A stretch of DNA of 64,000 bases, taken from NCBI GenBank assembly GCA_040755095.1, contig JBFMBH010000006.1, positions 1,290 to 65,289 on the forward strand. The letters are read 5' to 3'. Both the position numbers and the translations under genes were made by a program. Positions within the stretch are counted from its first letter, which is position 1. Each line of letters opens with the position of its first letter. Source of the stretch: Thermodesulfobacteriota bacterium. GTDB taxonomy: Bacteria > Desulfobacterota > Desulfobulbia > Desulfobulbales > JBFMBH01. The notes beneath the pieces are model-generated. The model made no database searches, was not told the origin of the DNA, and saw only the letters and a list, made by a program, of their open reading frames with translations. Positions 18,088-27,983 of this stretch are shown here, piece by piece.

Positions 18088-19614
18088 TCAGGGAATGGGC
18101 ACGCTCATCGCCACCTGGGAAAACTGCCCGGCCTGGACCTGGGCCACCAGGTGCTCGACGCTGGCGTGCATGACATTCATGAACGGCTCCGGAGAAAGCC
18201 CGATCCAGAGCATGAACACCAGGAGGGGGGCCAGGGTGACCATCTCCCGGAGGTTGAGGTCACGCAGGTGCTCCTCGTGGGGATGATCGCTCTCCGCACC
18301 CCAGACCACTTTCTGCAGAAGGCGCAGCATGTAGGCGGCCGCCAGCACGGCGCCCGGGATGGAGCAGGCGGCGATCAGCTTGTGGCTGGAGAACGCGCCG
18401 GCCAAAACCAGAAACTCGCCAACAAAGGAGTTGGTGCCTGGAAAGGCCAGGGAAGAAAGGGAGAAGAAGCCCAGGAACAGCACATAGACCGGCATCAACC
18501 GGCCGATAGCTGCAGCGGAGGACAGCTCCCGGGAATGGGTGCGCTCGTAGATCATGCCGACCAGGATAAAGAGAGCGCCGGTGGTGATGCCGTGATTGAT
18601 CATCTGGAGGATGGCGCCCTCGATCCCATTCTTGTTGAGGACAAAAATGCCCAGGGTGACAAAACCCATGTGCCCCACCGAAGAATAGGCGATCAGCTTC
18701 TTCATGTCGCTCTGGCCCAGAGCGGTAAGCCCGCCGTAGATGATGGCGATCACCGACAGCCAGAGGATGTACGGCATGAACAGGACAGCAGCCTCCGGCG
18801 TGATGGGCAGGCAGAAGCGGACAAAGCCGTACGTGCCCATCTTCAGCAGCACCGAGGCCAGAAGCACGGAGCCGGCGGTCGGCGCCTCCACGTGGGCGGC
18901 CGGCAGCCAGGTATGGAACGGGAACATCGGCACCTTGATGGCGAAGGCGAGGAAGAAGGCCAGGAACACCCAGAGCTGGAAGATCGGCGAGTAGCCCTTG
19001 CCCATCATCATCGGGATGGAGAAAGTGCCGGCCTCGAAGTAGAGGGCGATGATCGCCACCAGCATCAGCACCGATCCGGCCAGGGTGTACAAGAAGAACT
19101 TGACCGAGGCGTAGACCTTGCGGGGCCCGCCCCAGACCGCGATCAGGAGGTACATGGGGATGAGCATCGCTTCCCAGAGGATGTAGAAGAGTACGAAATC
19201 CAGGGCAGCGAATACCCCCACCATGGAGGTCTCCATGATGAGAAGGCAGATCATGAAATGCCGGATGCGGCGGGTGATGTAGCGCCAGGAGCAGAGCACG
19301 CACAGCGGCATGAGCAGGGTGGTCAGCAGGATGAGCAGCAGGCTGATCCCGTCCACCCCCAGGGTGTAGTTTACGTCCAGGGCCCGGATCCAGGGCAGAT
19401 GCTCGCCGAACTGGTACTGGGCGGTCCCGGTCTGGAAGTTGAAATAGAGCGGCAGGGAAAGGGCCGCGTTGGCGGCAGTCACCGCCAAGGTCCAATACTT
19501 GGAGCCCTCTTCGGAGCGGAGGACCAGAAGCACCGCCGCCCCCGCCAGGGGCAGGAAGATGAGCACCGACAGGATCGGCCAGCCCAGATGGTTCAGGATC
19601 AGAAAATCTTCCAT
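18088..19614 (-). CDS. nuoM: NADH-quinone oxidoreductase subunit M
   Basis: 508 aa. 'FPFHTWLPAAHVEAPTAGSVLLASVLLKMGTYG' and 'KKLIAYSSVGHMGFV'. Confidence 0.9.
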   Translation of the reverse strand: MEDFLILNHLGWPILSVLIFLPLAGAAVLLVLRSEEGSKYWTLAVTAANAALSLPLYFNFQTGTAQYQFGEHLPWIRALDVNYTLGVDGISLLLILLTTLLMPLCVLCSWRYITRRIRHFMICLLIMETSMVGVFAALDFVLFYILWEAMLIPMYLLIAVWGGPRKVYASVKFFLYTLAGSVLMLVAIIALYFEAGTFSIPMMMGKGYSPIFQLWVFLAFFLAFAIKVPMFPFHTWLPAAHVEAPTAGSVLLASVLLKMGTYGFVRFCLPITPEAAVLFMPYILWLSVIAIIYGGLTALGQSDMKKLIAYSSVGHMGFVTLGIFVLNKNGIEGAILQMINHGITTGALFILVGMIYERTHSRELSSAAAIGRLMPVYVLFLGFFSLSSLAFPGTNSFVGEFLVLAGAFSSHKLIAACSIPGAVLAAAYMLRLLQKVVWGAESDHPHEEHLRDLNLREMVTLAPLLVFMLWIGLSPEPFMNVMHASVEHLVAQVQAGQFSQVAMSVPIP

Positions 19615-19636
19615 GGCTTACCCCGGGAGAACGCTG

Positions 19637-21439
19637 TTAGGCGAAAACAAAGATCATGACGATGGCTGCCACACCGGCCGCTGCCATGAAGATGCCGTAC
19701 TGGAACTGACCCGTCTGGAGATGGCGCAGGTCAGAGCCCACCGACCGCACCCAGCGGGCGATGCCGTCGATGATCAGGTCGATGATGTTCCAGTCGAACC
19801 AGGAGGCGAAGCGGGCCTTGGCCATCAATGGAATGAGTCCCAGATACCGGTAGGCCTCACCCCAGGCGGTGTCCATACCCTGGATCGGCTTCGAGGCCAG
19901 CCACAGGAAGCCACGGCCCCCCATGCGGTAGAACCAGTCGAGGTCGATGGAGATCGTCGGCTCCGGGGCCAGCTTCTTGGTGAAGAGAAAGAAGCCCAGG
20001 GCCGTGAAGAGCAGGATGTTCAAGGTCTCCGACAGGTGGTAGGTGTCGTAGGGATGGTAGTTCGCCGCCACCTCGGGGTAGGGCAGCATATGGTAGAGGT
20101 ACGGGGTGTAGGAGCCGATGAAGATGCACAGGATCGAGGCAATGATCATGGCGCCATTCATGTTCCAGGGCGCCTCCCGGGCCTTGTTCCAGGTCTCTTC
20201 CGAACAGTTGTTCTTCCCGAACCAGATGAAGTACGGCACCTTGAGGCCGGTGTGGAGGAAGGTACCGGCTGAAGCCAGGGTAAGGCCGAAGGCCGCCCAC
20301 AGGATGTGGGACTGGAAAGCCCCCGCCACGATCATCGCCTTGGAGACAAAGCCCGAGAACAGGGGGAAGGCGGAGATCGACAGCCCGCCGATGAGGGTGA
20401 AGACAAAGGCCCAGGGCATGCGCTTATAGAGGCCGCCCAGCTCCGAAAACTTGGCGGTACCGGTGGCGTAGAGCACGGCGCCGGTGCCCATGAACAGGAG
20501 GCCCTTGTAGAGGATGTGGGCGAAGGCATGGGCACAGGTGCCGTTGATGGCCAGCTCGGTGCCGATACCGACCCCCGCCACCATGTAGCCGACCTGGGAG
20601 ATGATGTGATAGGCCAGCAGTCGCCGGGCGTCGTTCTCCAGCACCGCGTACACAACGCCGTAGAGGGCCATGGCCACGCCCAGGGGCACCAGGATATCCA
20701 TGCCGGCCATGGCTCGGGCCAGGGTGTACACCGCGGTCTTGGTGGTGAAGGCGCACATGAAGACCGAGCCGGAGACGGTGGCCTCGGCATACGCATCCGG
20801 CAGCCAGGCGTGCAGCGGCGGCACCGCGGCGTTGAGGATGAAGCCGATCATGATCAGGTAGGTGGCCAGTGTCGGGTTGTCCACCCCCGCGGGTCCAAAG
20901 AAGAGGTCGCCACCGGTCTCCTGGAAGCGGAGCACGAAACCGGCCAGGAGAATGAGCCCACCGGCGGTGTGGACCAGAAGGTACCGGTAGCCGGAGGCCA
21001 GGGCTTTGGCACCCCGCCGGTACCAGACCAGGAAGACCGAGGAGAAGGCCATGAGCTCCCAGAAGACAAAGAGCACCAGGTAGTCACCGCAGAAGACCAC
21101 ACCCAGGGAGCCGGCCACATACAGCCAGGCCGCCATATGCTGGCCGTCCTCCTCGACATTGAGGCCGTACAGGGTGCCGATCAGGCACATGAGGCTCATG
21201 ATATGGGCGAAGACCAGGGTCAGCCGGTCGACGCGGCCAAAGGTCAGGGTCCAGTTCAGGACCTGCACCACGCCATAGGTGCCCTGGGGCATGGCGTACT
21301 GGATGTAGAGGACGTCGGCGAAGGAGGCGATGGGGACCGCCATGAGGAAGATCTTCTTCACCGGCCTCGGCACCAGGGGCAGGAGCAGGGCGCCTGCCAC
21401 CATGATCAAGGTCGGGTGGATCCACAGATCACTTGTCAT
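19637..21439 (-). CDS. MrpD/NuoN-type antiporter-like subunit with a NuoL-like C-terminal lateral-helix/anchor extension (600 aa)
   Basis: 'PPLHAWLPDAYAEATVSGSVFMCAFTTKTAVY' and 'RRLLAYHIISQVGYMV'. The roughly 110-aa C-terminal tail '..NIIDLIIDGIARWVRSVGSDLRHLQTGQFQYGIFMAAAGVAAIVMIFVFA' resembles the NuoL HL helix plus terminal TM. The start overlaps the upstream 84-aa gene by 11 nt. Confidence 0.8.
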   Translation of the reverse strand: MTSDLWIHPTLIMVAGALLLPLVPRPVKKIFLMAVPIASFADVLYIQYAMPQGTYGVVQVLNWTLTFGRVDRLTLVFAHIMSLMCLIGTLYGLNVEEDGQHMAAWLYVAGSLGVVFCGDYLVLFVFWELMAFSSVFLVWYRRGAKALASGYRYLLVHTAGGLILLAGFVLRFQETGGDLFFGPAGVDNPTLATYLIMIGFILNAAVPPLHAWLPDAYAEATVSGSVFMCAFTTKTAVYTLARAMAGMDILVPLGVAMALYGVVYAVLENDARRLLAYHIISQVGYMVAGVGIGTELAINGTCAHAFAHILYKGLLFMGTGAVLYATGTAKFSELGGLYKRMPWAFVFTLIGGLSISAFPLFSGFVSKAMIVAGAFQSHILWAAFGLTLASAGTFLHTGLKVPYFIWFGKNNCSEETWNKAREAPWNMNGAMIIASILCIFIGSYTPYLYHMLPYPEVAANYHPYDTYHLSETLNILLFTALGFFLFTKKLAPEPTISIDLDWFYRMGGRGFLWLASKPIQGMDTAWGEAYRYLGLIPLMAKARFASWFDWNIIDLIIDGIARWVRSVGSDLRHLQTGQFQYGIFMAAAGVAAIVMIFVFA

Positions 21440-21683
21440 AGTAATCCTCCCGGGTCATGATGCCGAGATGGCCGAACCACTTGGAGACAAAGATGATGAG
21501 GGTGCAGGAGATGAAGCCGAACACCGCCCAGAATCCCGGCCAGTGCTCGGGGCTGGTGTGCGCGTGCTCCTTGCTCACAAAGACGGCATCCCACACCACC
21601 AGGAGTGCCAGCACGATGTAGCAGACCAGAACGACGGTCTTGAGCCGATCGCGCAGGAAGTCGATGAGCTTAACCAAGTCCAT
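21429..21683 (-). CDS. Small two-TM membrane protein of unknown function embedded in the nuo operon (84 aa)
   Basis: Predicted TMs 'TVVLVCYIVLALLVVWDAVFV' and 'GFWAVFGFISCTLIIFVSKWFG'. It overlaps the upstream gene by 14 nt and the downstream gene by 11 nt, which is a coupling geometry. I recognise no family. Confidence 0.65.
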   Translation of the reverse strand: MDLVKLIDFLRDRLKTVVLVCYIVLALLVVWDAVFVSKEHAHTSPEHWPGFWAVFGFISCTLIIFVSKWFGHLGIMTREDYYDK

Positions 21684-23157
21684 GGGTCACCGCCTTGATG
21701 AACTGCATGAAGAAGTCCGGATAGATACCCATAATGACCGAGATGATCGCCGTGGCGGTCAGCGGGATGACCATGGCCATCGGCGCCTCCTCCACCTTGT
21801 TGTAGACCACGCCGGCCGGCGGCGCGCCGAAGAAGGCCTTGAAGGCCACTGGCGCGAAGTAGCCGACGTTCAACAGGGTCGAGCTCAGGAGCACCAGGAG
21901 GATGCCGATCTGGTGCGCCTCCAAGGAGCCCATGAGCAGGTACCATTTGCTGATGAAGCCCGCCACTGGCGGCGCGCCGATCATGGACAGGGAAGCGATG
22001 GCGAAGGCGCCGAAGGTGAACGGCATGGCCCGGCCCAGGCCGCTCATCTCCGAGATCTGCTTCTTGTGGGTGGCCACGTAGATGGCGCCGGCGCAGAAGA
22101 ACAGCGTGATCTTGGAGAAGGCGTGATTGGCAATGTGGACGATGCCGCCCTCGATACCGGACGGCGTCAGGAGCGCCACGCCGAGGATGATGTAGGAGAG
22201 CTGGCTCACCGTGGAATAGGCCAGCCGCGCCTTGAGGTTGTCCTTGGACAGGGCGATGATCGAGGCGGTGAGGATGGTGAACGACACCAGATAGGCGGTG
22301 GGGATGCCCAGGTTGAGGCGGGTCATGGTGTCCACGCCGAACACGTAGAGCATCACCCGGGTGGTGGAGAAGACGCCGATCTTGACCACGGCCACCGCGT
22401 GGAGGAGGGCAGAGACCGGGGTAGGCGCCACCATCGCCGAAGGCAGCCAGTTGTGGAAGGGCATGACGCCGTTCTTGGCAAACCCGAAGATGCAGCAGAC
22501 GAACATGATGGTCACCAGGAGCGGGTTGGCATCCGCCGGGATGATGCCGGTGCGGATGTTGTCCGGGAACTCCAGGTGGCCGTTCATGACGTAGAGAAGC
22601 GCCATGGTGGGCAGGACCATCCCCTTGGCCGTGGTGGTCAGGTAGACGATGTACTTCTTGGCGCCTTCGTACGACTCGGTGTCCTGGTGATGCGCAACCA
22701 GGGGGTAGGTGCACACCGAGACGATCTCATAGAAGAGATACAGGGTGAACATGTTACCGGCCATGGCGCCACCCACCGCGCCAAAGAGGGCCAGGGCGAA
22801 GCAGGCGGAGAACCGGGTCTGGGCATGCTCGTGCAGGCCCCGCATGTAGCCCAGGGAGTACCACACCGCCAGCATCCACAGGAAGGAGGCCACCAGGGCG
22901 AAGACCATGCCGAAGGCGTCAACCCGGAAGGTCACCGACAGACCGGGCAGGATCTTGAACAGGGTGTACTCGACCCGGTTGCCGGCCCAGACAATGGGCA
23001 GGATGAAGTAGGCGATAATCCCGAACTTGACGACAGCGGCGGTAAAGTGCACCCCCTCCCGCAGGTTGCCGTTCCGGCGGGTCAGCAGGATGCCGATGAC
23101 GCCGGTCAAGGACGTCAGGAGGGCCCAGACGGGCGCGGGCGATACGACGGTCTCCAT
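21670..23157 (-). CDS. NuoL/MrpA-type antiporter-like subunit, core only, with no lateral helix (495 aa)
   Basis: 'MPFHNWLPSAMVAPTPVSALLHAVAVVKIGVF' (NuoL/MrpA-type motif) and 'KARLAYSTVSQLSYII'. The protein ends right after the last core TM. Strong SD GGAGGGAAGGGAG lies upstream of ATG 23157. It occupies the nuoL position after nuoK. Confidence 0.8.
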   Translation of the reverse strand: METVVSPAPVWALLTSLTGVIGILLTRRNGNLREGVHFTAAVVKFGIIAYFILPIVWAGNRVEYTLFKILPGLSVTFRVDAFGMVFALVASFLWMLAVWYSLGYMRGLHEHAQTRFSACFALALFGAVGGAMAGNMFTLYLFYEIVSVCTYPLVAHHQDTESYEGAKKYIVYLTTTAKGMVLPTMALLYVMNGHLEFPDNIRTGIIPADANPLLVTIMFVCCIFGFAKNGVMPFHNWLPSAMVAPTPVSALLHAVAVVKIGVFSTTRVMLYVFGVDTMTRLNLGIPTAYLVSFTILTASIIALSKDNLKARLAYSTVSQLSYIILGVALLTPSGIEGGIVHIANHAFSKITLFFCAGAIYVATHKKQISEMSGLGRAMPFTFGAFAIASLSMIGAPPVAGFISKWYLLMGSLEAHQIGILLVLLSSTLLNVGYFAPVAFKAFFGAPPAGVVYNKVEEAPMAMVIPLTATAIISVIMGIYPDFFMQFIKAVTHGLG

Positions 23158-23175
23158 AACGGTCTCCCTTCCCTC

Positions 23176-23496
23176 CTATCCTTTCAGCTCCGCCACATCG
23201 TCAACGACGATGGACTTGTAGTTGCGGTAGACGGCCAGGATGATCGACAGAGCGATGGCCGCCTCGGCGGCGGCGATGCCCATGATGAACAGGGTGAAGA
23301 CCTGACCGGACACCGGATCCGGCACCAGGAAGCGGTTGAAGGCCATGAAGTTGATCGAGGCGCCGGACAGGATCAGCTCCGAGGCGATGAGCATACCGAT
23401 CAGGGTGCGGCGGTGGATGATACCGTAGATGCCGATGGCAAACATGAAGGCACCCACGATGAGGTAGGTCTGCAGGTTGGCTGCGAGGGTCAGCAT
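23176..23496 (-). CDS. nuoK: NADH-quinone oxidoreductase subunit K
   Basis: 106 aa, 3 TM. 'LIGMLIASELILSGASINFMAF' and 'IAAAEAAIALSIILAVYR'. Confidence 0.9.
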   Translation of the reverse strand: MLTLAANLQTYLIVGAFMFAIGIYGIIHRRTLIGMLIASELILSGASINFMAFNRFLVPDPVSGQVFTLFIMGIAAAEAAIALSIILAVYRNYKSIVVDDVAELKG

Positions 23497-23497
23497 T

Positions 23498-24022
23498 TCA
23501 GGTCCCCCTTCCGGAACGGGCCAGCACCAGGGAGCCGACGATGGCCACCAGAAGCACCACCGAGATGAGCTCGAACACCATGCTGTAGCTGGTCAAGAGC
23601 TCCTGGCCAATGCGCTCAATGGAGCCGTCCCCCACCCGCTCCGCCGCCGCTGGCCAGTTGGTCAGGGCACCCAGCTGGGCCAGGCCCGCGAACAGGGCCA
23701 GGCCGGTCAGGCCCCCCAGGAGTGCGGTCACTGGCCCGGAGCCCGCCACATCCCTGGGCTGGGGGTCGGCAAGCATCACCGCGAAGACGATGGTGACACA
23801 GACCGCGCCGACATAGATCAGGATCTGCATGATCGACACGAAGGGGCTCTCCAGATAATAGTAGAGGCCGGCCACCCCCAGGAACGAGAGGGCCAGGCCG
23901 GCCACCGCGCGCACCAGGCGAGCTGAGCCGACGGCAATGATGGCGCCCACAACCGTCACCACCAGCACCCCCAAAAAGACGAGACCGGACATCCCGTCGG
24001 CCGAGAGCAGGACAGGGTTCAT
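23498..24022 (-). CDS. nuoJ: NADH-quinone oxidoreductase subunit J
   Basis: Start ATG 24022 ([10 protein letters not shown]..) overlaps the nuoI stop as ATGA. 'FVSIMQILIYVGAVCVTIVFAVML'. The track ORF start at 24259 lies inside nuoI. Confidence 0.85.
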   Translation of the reverse strand: MNPVLLSADGMSGLVFLGVLVVTVVGAIIAVGSARLVRAVAGLALSFLGVAGLYYYLESPFVSIMQILIYVGAVCVTIVFAVMLADPQPRDVAGSGPVTALLGGLTGLALFAGLAQLGALTNWPAAAERVGDGSIERIGQELLTSYSMVFELISVVLLVAIVGSLVLARSGRGT

Positions 24023-24462
24023 GGCTTGCGCTCCTTGAGCCTTTTCACCAGGTCGAAGACGAAGTCCTCCCGGCGTTGGCTGGCCAGGTTGTAGTCCATG
24101 GAGAAGCGGATCGCGCCGGGCTTGCAGTTCTCGACACACTGGCCGCACAGACTGCACTTGGTGAAGTCGAGGGTGTACTCGGTGAGCACCTTCTTCTTGG
24201 TGGCCTCGTCCTTGGCGCCCGAGACGCTGATGCAGTCCGAGGGACAGCCCTTCTGGCACAGGCCACAGACGATGCAGATGGACTCGCCGGTCTCCGGATC
24301 CGGGGTCAGCTCAATATGGCCCCGGAAGCGGGGCTTCATCTTGAGGCTCTGGTGGGGGTACTGGACCGTGACCACCGGCCCCACCATGTGCTTGAAGGTG
24401 ATGCCCAGCCCGACCGCCAGGCTGGTGGCGCCGTCGATGATCTCTTTGAAGTAGCCACTCAT
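24019..24462 (-). CDS. nuoI: NADH-quinone oxidoreductase subunit I (2x[4Fe-4S])
   Basis: '[12 protein letters not shown]' and '[12 protein letters not shown]'. ATG 24462 overlaps the nuoH stop (ATGA). Confidence 0.9.
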   Translation of the reverse strand: MSGYFKEIIDGATSLAVGLGITFKHMVGPVVTVQYPHQSLKMKPRFRGHIELTPDPETGESICIVCGLCQKGCPSDCISVSGAKDEATKKKVLTEYTLDFTKCSLCGQCVENCKPGAIRFSMDYNLASQRREDFVFDLVKRLKERKP

Positions 24463-25454
24463 GACCCGAGCACCTTGAGCGTTGCAGCGGTGAGGAGGAG
24501 ATTCACCAGGGAGTAAGGGATCAGGATCTTCCACGACAGATTCAGGAGGCCATAAAAGGTGGTACGCGGGTACGTCCAGCGGACCCACATCACAACGTAG
24601 ATCAGGAAGTAAACCTTCAGCAGGAACCAGTGGATGCCGGGGAAGAGCCCGAAGGGGCACTGCCAGCCGCCCAGGAAGAGGATGACCGCCAGGGCGCAGC
24701 CGACAAAGACGTTGGCATACTCACCCAGGAAGAAGACACCGAAGCCCATGCCCGAGTATTCGGTGAAGGCGCCGGCCACCAGCTCGCTTTCCGCCTCCAC
24801 CATGTCGAAGGGGGCGCGGTTGGTCTCCGCCATGGAGCAGATGAAGAAGAGCAGAAAGGAGATCGGGGCAAGCGGCGTTTCCCAGATCCGGAACACATAC
24901 CACTGCAGGATGTTGGGCTGCTGGCGGACAATCTCGTTGAGGTTCATGGTACCGGTCACCATCACCATGGTGATGATGATGATGAGCATGGGGATCTCAT
25001 AGGCCAGGTTCTGCGAAACGGCGCGGGCCGCCGAGATGACAGCATATTTGTTGGCCGAGCCCCAGCCGGCCAGGAGCAGGCCCAGAACAGTCACCGAGGC
25101 GAAGGCCAGGATGAGGATGATACCGACGTTGATATCCCGGACCACCAGGCTCTCGGAGAAGGGCAGCACCACATAGGACATCACCGCCGGCGTCATGACC
25201 ATAAGCGGTGCCACCCGAAACAGGGTGGCGTCGGCATCCCGCGGTATGATGAGCTGCTTGCTCATGAGCTTGATGCCGTCGGCAAAGGACTGCAGGATGC
25301 CAAAGGGTCCCACCTCCTTGGGCCCGATCCGGACCTGGATGTGGCCGGCGACCTTGCGCTCCAGCCACACCAGAAAGGAGGCGTTCAGGGCGACAAAGGC
25401 CAGCACCACCACCAGGCCGCCGATCAACCAGGACAGTTCGAATTGCGAGCTCAT
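24459..25454 (-). CDS. nuoH: NADH-quinone oxidoreductase subunit H
   Basis: '[33 protein letters not shown]' and '[33 protein letters not shown]'. Start is ATG 25454 (MSSQFELSW). Confidence 0.9.
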   Translation of the reverse strand: MSSQFELSWLIGGLVVVLAFVALNASFLVWLERKVAGHIQVRIGPKEVGPFGILQSFADGIKLMSKQLIIPRDADATLFRVAPLMVMTPAVMSYVVLPFSESLVVRDINVGIILILAFASVTVLGLLLAGWGSANKYAVISAARAVSQNLAYEIPMLIIIITMVMVTGTMNLNEIVRQQPNILQWYVFRIWETPLAPISFLLFFICSMAETNRAPFDMVEAESELVAGAFTEYSGMGFGVFFLGEYANVFVGCALAVILFLGGWQCPFGLFPGIHWFLLKVYFLIYVVMWVRWTYPRTTFYGLLNLSWKILIPYSLVNLLLTAATLKVLGS

Positions 25455-25498
25455 GGGCAACGATACCCTCCGACCCCAGTGGGCAGGGCCTTGTAGGA

Positions 25499-26626
25499 CT
25501 AGCGATCGATCTCCGGGATGACCAGGTCGAGGCTGCCCATGATGGCGATGGCATCGGCAAGCAGGCAGCCCTGGCTGACCTCGGCAAAGAGACTCAGGTT
25601 GGAGAAGGACGGCGACCTGAGCTTCAGGCGGTATGGGGTGTTGGTGCCGTCGCTCACCAGATGGATGCCGAACTCGCCCCGCGCCGCCTCCACCGCACAA
25701 TAGATGTCGCCCTTGGGCGGCTTCAGGATCTTCGGCACCTTCTCGGCCTTGTAGGGTCCGTCCGGCAGCTTGTCCAGGGCCTGCTCGATGATGCGGCAGC
25801 TCTCCAGCATCTCGTCCATGCGCACCATGTAGCGGGCCATGGAGTCGCCTTCCGAGTAGATGGGCACGTTGAACTCGAAATCCTTGTACACCGAGTAGGG
25901 CTCGTTCTTCCGGACATCGTAGGAAACCCCGGAGCCCCGCAGCACCGGGCCGGTGGCCCCGTACTTGCGGCAGGTCTCAGGGCTGATGTAGCCAATGTCC
26001 TTGAGCCGCTTGATCAGAATGATGTTGGTGGTCACCAGCTTGTGGTACATGGGCACCCGGGCGCGCATCCGCTGCACGAACTCCCGGGTGCCGGCGATGA
26101 ATTCCTCGTCGATGTCGTTGTACACGCCGCCGAAGCGGAAGTAGCAGTAGGTGAGCCGGGCACCGGTCACCATCTCCAGAAGATCCAGAAGCCGCTCCCT
26201 GTCGTCAAAGGCGTAGAGGAGCGGGGTGAAGCCGCCCAGGTCCAGGACATAGGCCCCGAACCACAGCAGATGGCTGGAGATGCGGTTGAGCTCGGTGGTG
26301 ATCACCCGGATGTACTCGGCCCGGGGTGGCACCTCGATACCGGCGGCCCGCTCCACGGCGCAGACATGGCCGTGGTTGTAGGACAGGGCCGACAGGTAGT
26401 CCATCCGTGCCGGATTGGGCAGAAACTGGGCGTAGGTGCGGTTTTCACCCATCTTCTCGTGCATGCGATGGATATAGCCCAGGACCGGCTCGGCCTCGGC
26501 GATGTACTCGCCGTCCATCACCAGCTTGACCCGGAGCACGCCGTGGGTGCTCGGGTGCTGGGGACCGAGATTGAGGACAAAGGTCTCCTTCTGGAAGCTC
26601 GGAGTGACGTGGGCGAGGGGGCTCAT
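25499..26626 (-). CDS. nuoD: NADH-quinone oxidoreductase subunit D (49-kDa/NiFe-large-subunit-like)
   Basis: '[25 protein letters not shown]' and C-terminal '[13 protein letters not shown]'. ATGA overlap with the nuoC stop. Confidence 0.9.
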   Translation of the reverse strand: MSPLAHVTPSFQKETFVLNLGPQHPSTHGVLRVKLVMDGEYIAEAEPVLGYIHRMHEKMGENRTYAQFLPNPARMDYLSALSYNHGHVCAVERAAGIEVPPRAEYIRVITTELNRISSHLLWFGAYVLDLGGFTPLLYAFDDRERLLDLLEMVTGARLTYCYFRFGGVYNDIDEEFIAGTREFVQRMRARVPMYHKLVTTNIILIKRLKDIGYISPETCRKYGATGPVLRGSGVSYDVRKNEPYSVYKDFEFNVPIYSEGDSMARYMVRMDEMLESCRIIEQALDKLPDGPYKAEKVPKILKPPKGDIYCAVEAARGEFGIHLVSDGTNTPYRLKLRSPSFSNLSLFAEVSQGCLLADAIAIMGSLDLVIPEIDR

Positions 26627-27072
26627 CCGTTCAGTCCTTTGAAATCCTTCCGGAGGGGATGGAAATCGGCATCCTCGGGCAGGAGCAGCGGCACCAGGTA
26701 GGGATGGCCCGCAAAGCGGATGCCGAAAAAGTCATGGGTCTCCCGCTCGTGCCAGTTGGCACCGGGGTAGATGCCGGAGATGCTGGGCACCTCCGGGTTG
26801 TCCCGGGGAGCCCGGGTGCGGATCACCACCCGGCAGGTCTCCTGGACATGGGCGAAGTGGTAGACCACCTCCATCTCCCCGGCGGCCAGCCAGTCCACCC
26901 CGCAGACATCCTCCAGGAAGAAGCCCAGCCCGTCCACCGCCTTGACCGCGGCGAGCACCTGGTCCACCGCCACCGCCGCGTCCACGTGGTAGCCCTTGGC
27001 CTTGTAATCGGTCTCCTGGACCCCTTCCGGGGTGATGGCCGCCAGGGCGGCCCGGGCCTTGTCGCGCAGCAT
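26623..27072 (-). CDS. nuoC: NADH-quinone oxidoreductase subunit C
   Basis: 'ISGIYPGANWHERETHDFFGIRFAGHP'. ATG 27072 lies 1 nt after the nuoB stop. The track start at 27309 overlaps nuoB. Confidence 0.85.
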   Translation of the reverse strand: MLRDKARAALAAITPEGVQETDYKAKGYHVDAAVAVDQVLAAVKAVDGLGFFLEDVCGVDWLAAGEMEVVYHFAHVQETCRVVIRTRAPRDNPEVPSISGIYPGANWHERETHDFFGIRFAGHPYLVPLLLPEDADFHPLRKDFKGLNG

Positions 27073-27073
27073 G

Positions 27074-27571
27074 TCAGACGGCCTCCACCCGGGGCCACCG
27101 GCGATGGCCCGTAATCTTCTCTTCCAGGGCCATGATGCCCTCCAGGAGGGCCTCTGGCCGCGGCGGGCAGCCAGGGATGTAGATATCCACCGGCAGGAAC
27201 TTGTCCGCCCCCTCAACGATGCCGTACTGGCCTTCGAAGACGAAGGGGCCACCCGAGATGGCGCAGTTGCCCATGGCGATGACCCACTTGGGCTCGGGCA
27301 TCTGGTCATAGAGGGTCTGGACGGCCGGTGCCATCTTGCGGCTGATGGTGCCGGCCACGATCATCACGTCCGCCTGCCGGGCGGAGGGGCGAAAAACCCC
27401 GGCCCCGAAACGGTCGATGTCGAAACGGCAGGCACCGGTGGCCATCATCTCGATGGCGCAGCAGGCAAGGCCAAAGGTCATAGGCCACAGGGAATTGGCC
27501 CGGCCGATGGCCAGGACCTTGTCCACAGCCGCGAACTGGATTACTGGCGAGTGTAGGTTTTGCGCTCCCAC
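27074..27571 (-). CDS. nuoB: NADH-quinone oxidoreductase subunit B
   Basis: '[17 protein letters not shown]', 'GNCAISGG' and '[11 protein letters not shown]' (N2 cluster ligands). GTG 27571 is preceded by AAGGGAG with a 7-nt spacer and overlaps the nuoA 3' end by 31 nt. Confidence 0.85.
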   Translation of the reverse strand: MGAQNLHSPVIQFAAVDKVLAIGRANSLWPMTFGLACCAIEMMATGACRFDIDRFGAGVFRPSARQADVMIVAGTISRKMAPAVQTLYDQMPEPKWVIAMGNCAISGGPFVFEGQYGIVEGADKFLPVDIYIPGCPPRPEALLEGIMALEEKITGHRRWPRVEAV

Positions 27572-27933
27572 GTGAAAACTCCCTTCTTCCAGGCATAGAC
27601 GATGGCCAGGGACAGGATGCCGACGAAGATGACGATCTCCACCAGGGACCGGATCCCGGCGACCTCCTTGTAGGTCAGGGCCACCGGAAAGAGGTAAAGG
27701 ACGTCGACATCGAAGGCGATGAACATCAGGGCATACAGGTAGTAGACGATGCCGAAGCGGATCCAGGCGGGCCCGATGGGGTCCATGCCGCATTCGTAGA
27801 TCTGCAGCGTCCTGGGGCGGATGCCTCGGGGGGCCAGGAGGTTGGCGATGATGAAGGGGCCGATCGCAAAGACCAGCCCGCCCAGGAAGAAGGCCACCAC
27901 GAAGAGGTGGTCATAAAGAGCGGTTTGCTGCAC
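27541..27933 (-). CDS. nuoA: NADH-quinone oxidoreductase subunit A
   Basis: 'QIYECGMDP' and '[13 protein letters not shown]'. The track start GTG 27942 overlaps the SD AAGGAG (27947..27942) by 1 nt. The next in-frame GTG at 27933 has an 8-nt spacer, so I prefer it. Confidence 0.85.
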   Translation of the reverse strand: MQQTALYDHLFVVAFFLGGLVFAIGPFIIANLLAPRGIRPRTLQIYECGMDPIGPAWIRFGIVYYLYALMFIAFDVDVLYLFPVALTYKEVAGIRSLVEIVIFVGILSLAIVYAWKKGVFTWERKTYTRQ

Positions 27934-27983
27934 GGCGCGCACTCCTTGGAAAAGGGTTGTTCATGGGCGGCAGCGTTCCGGGT

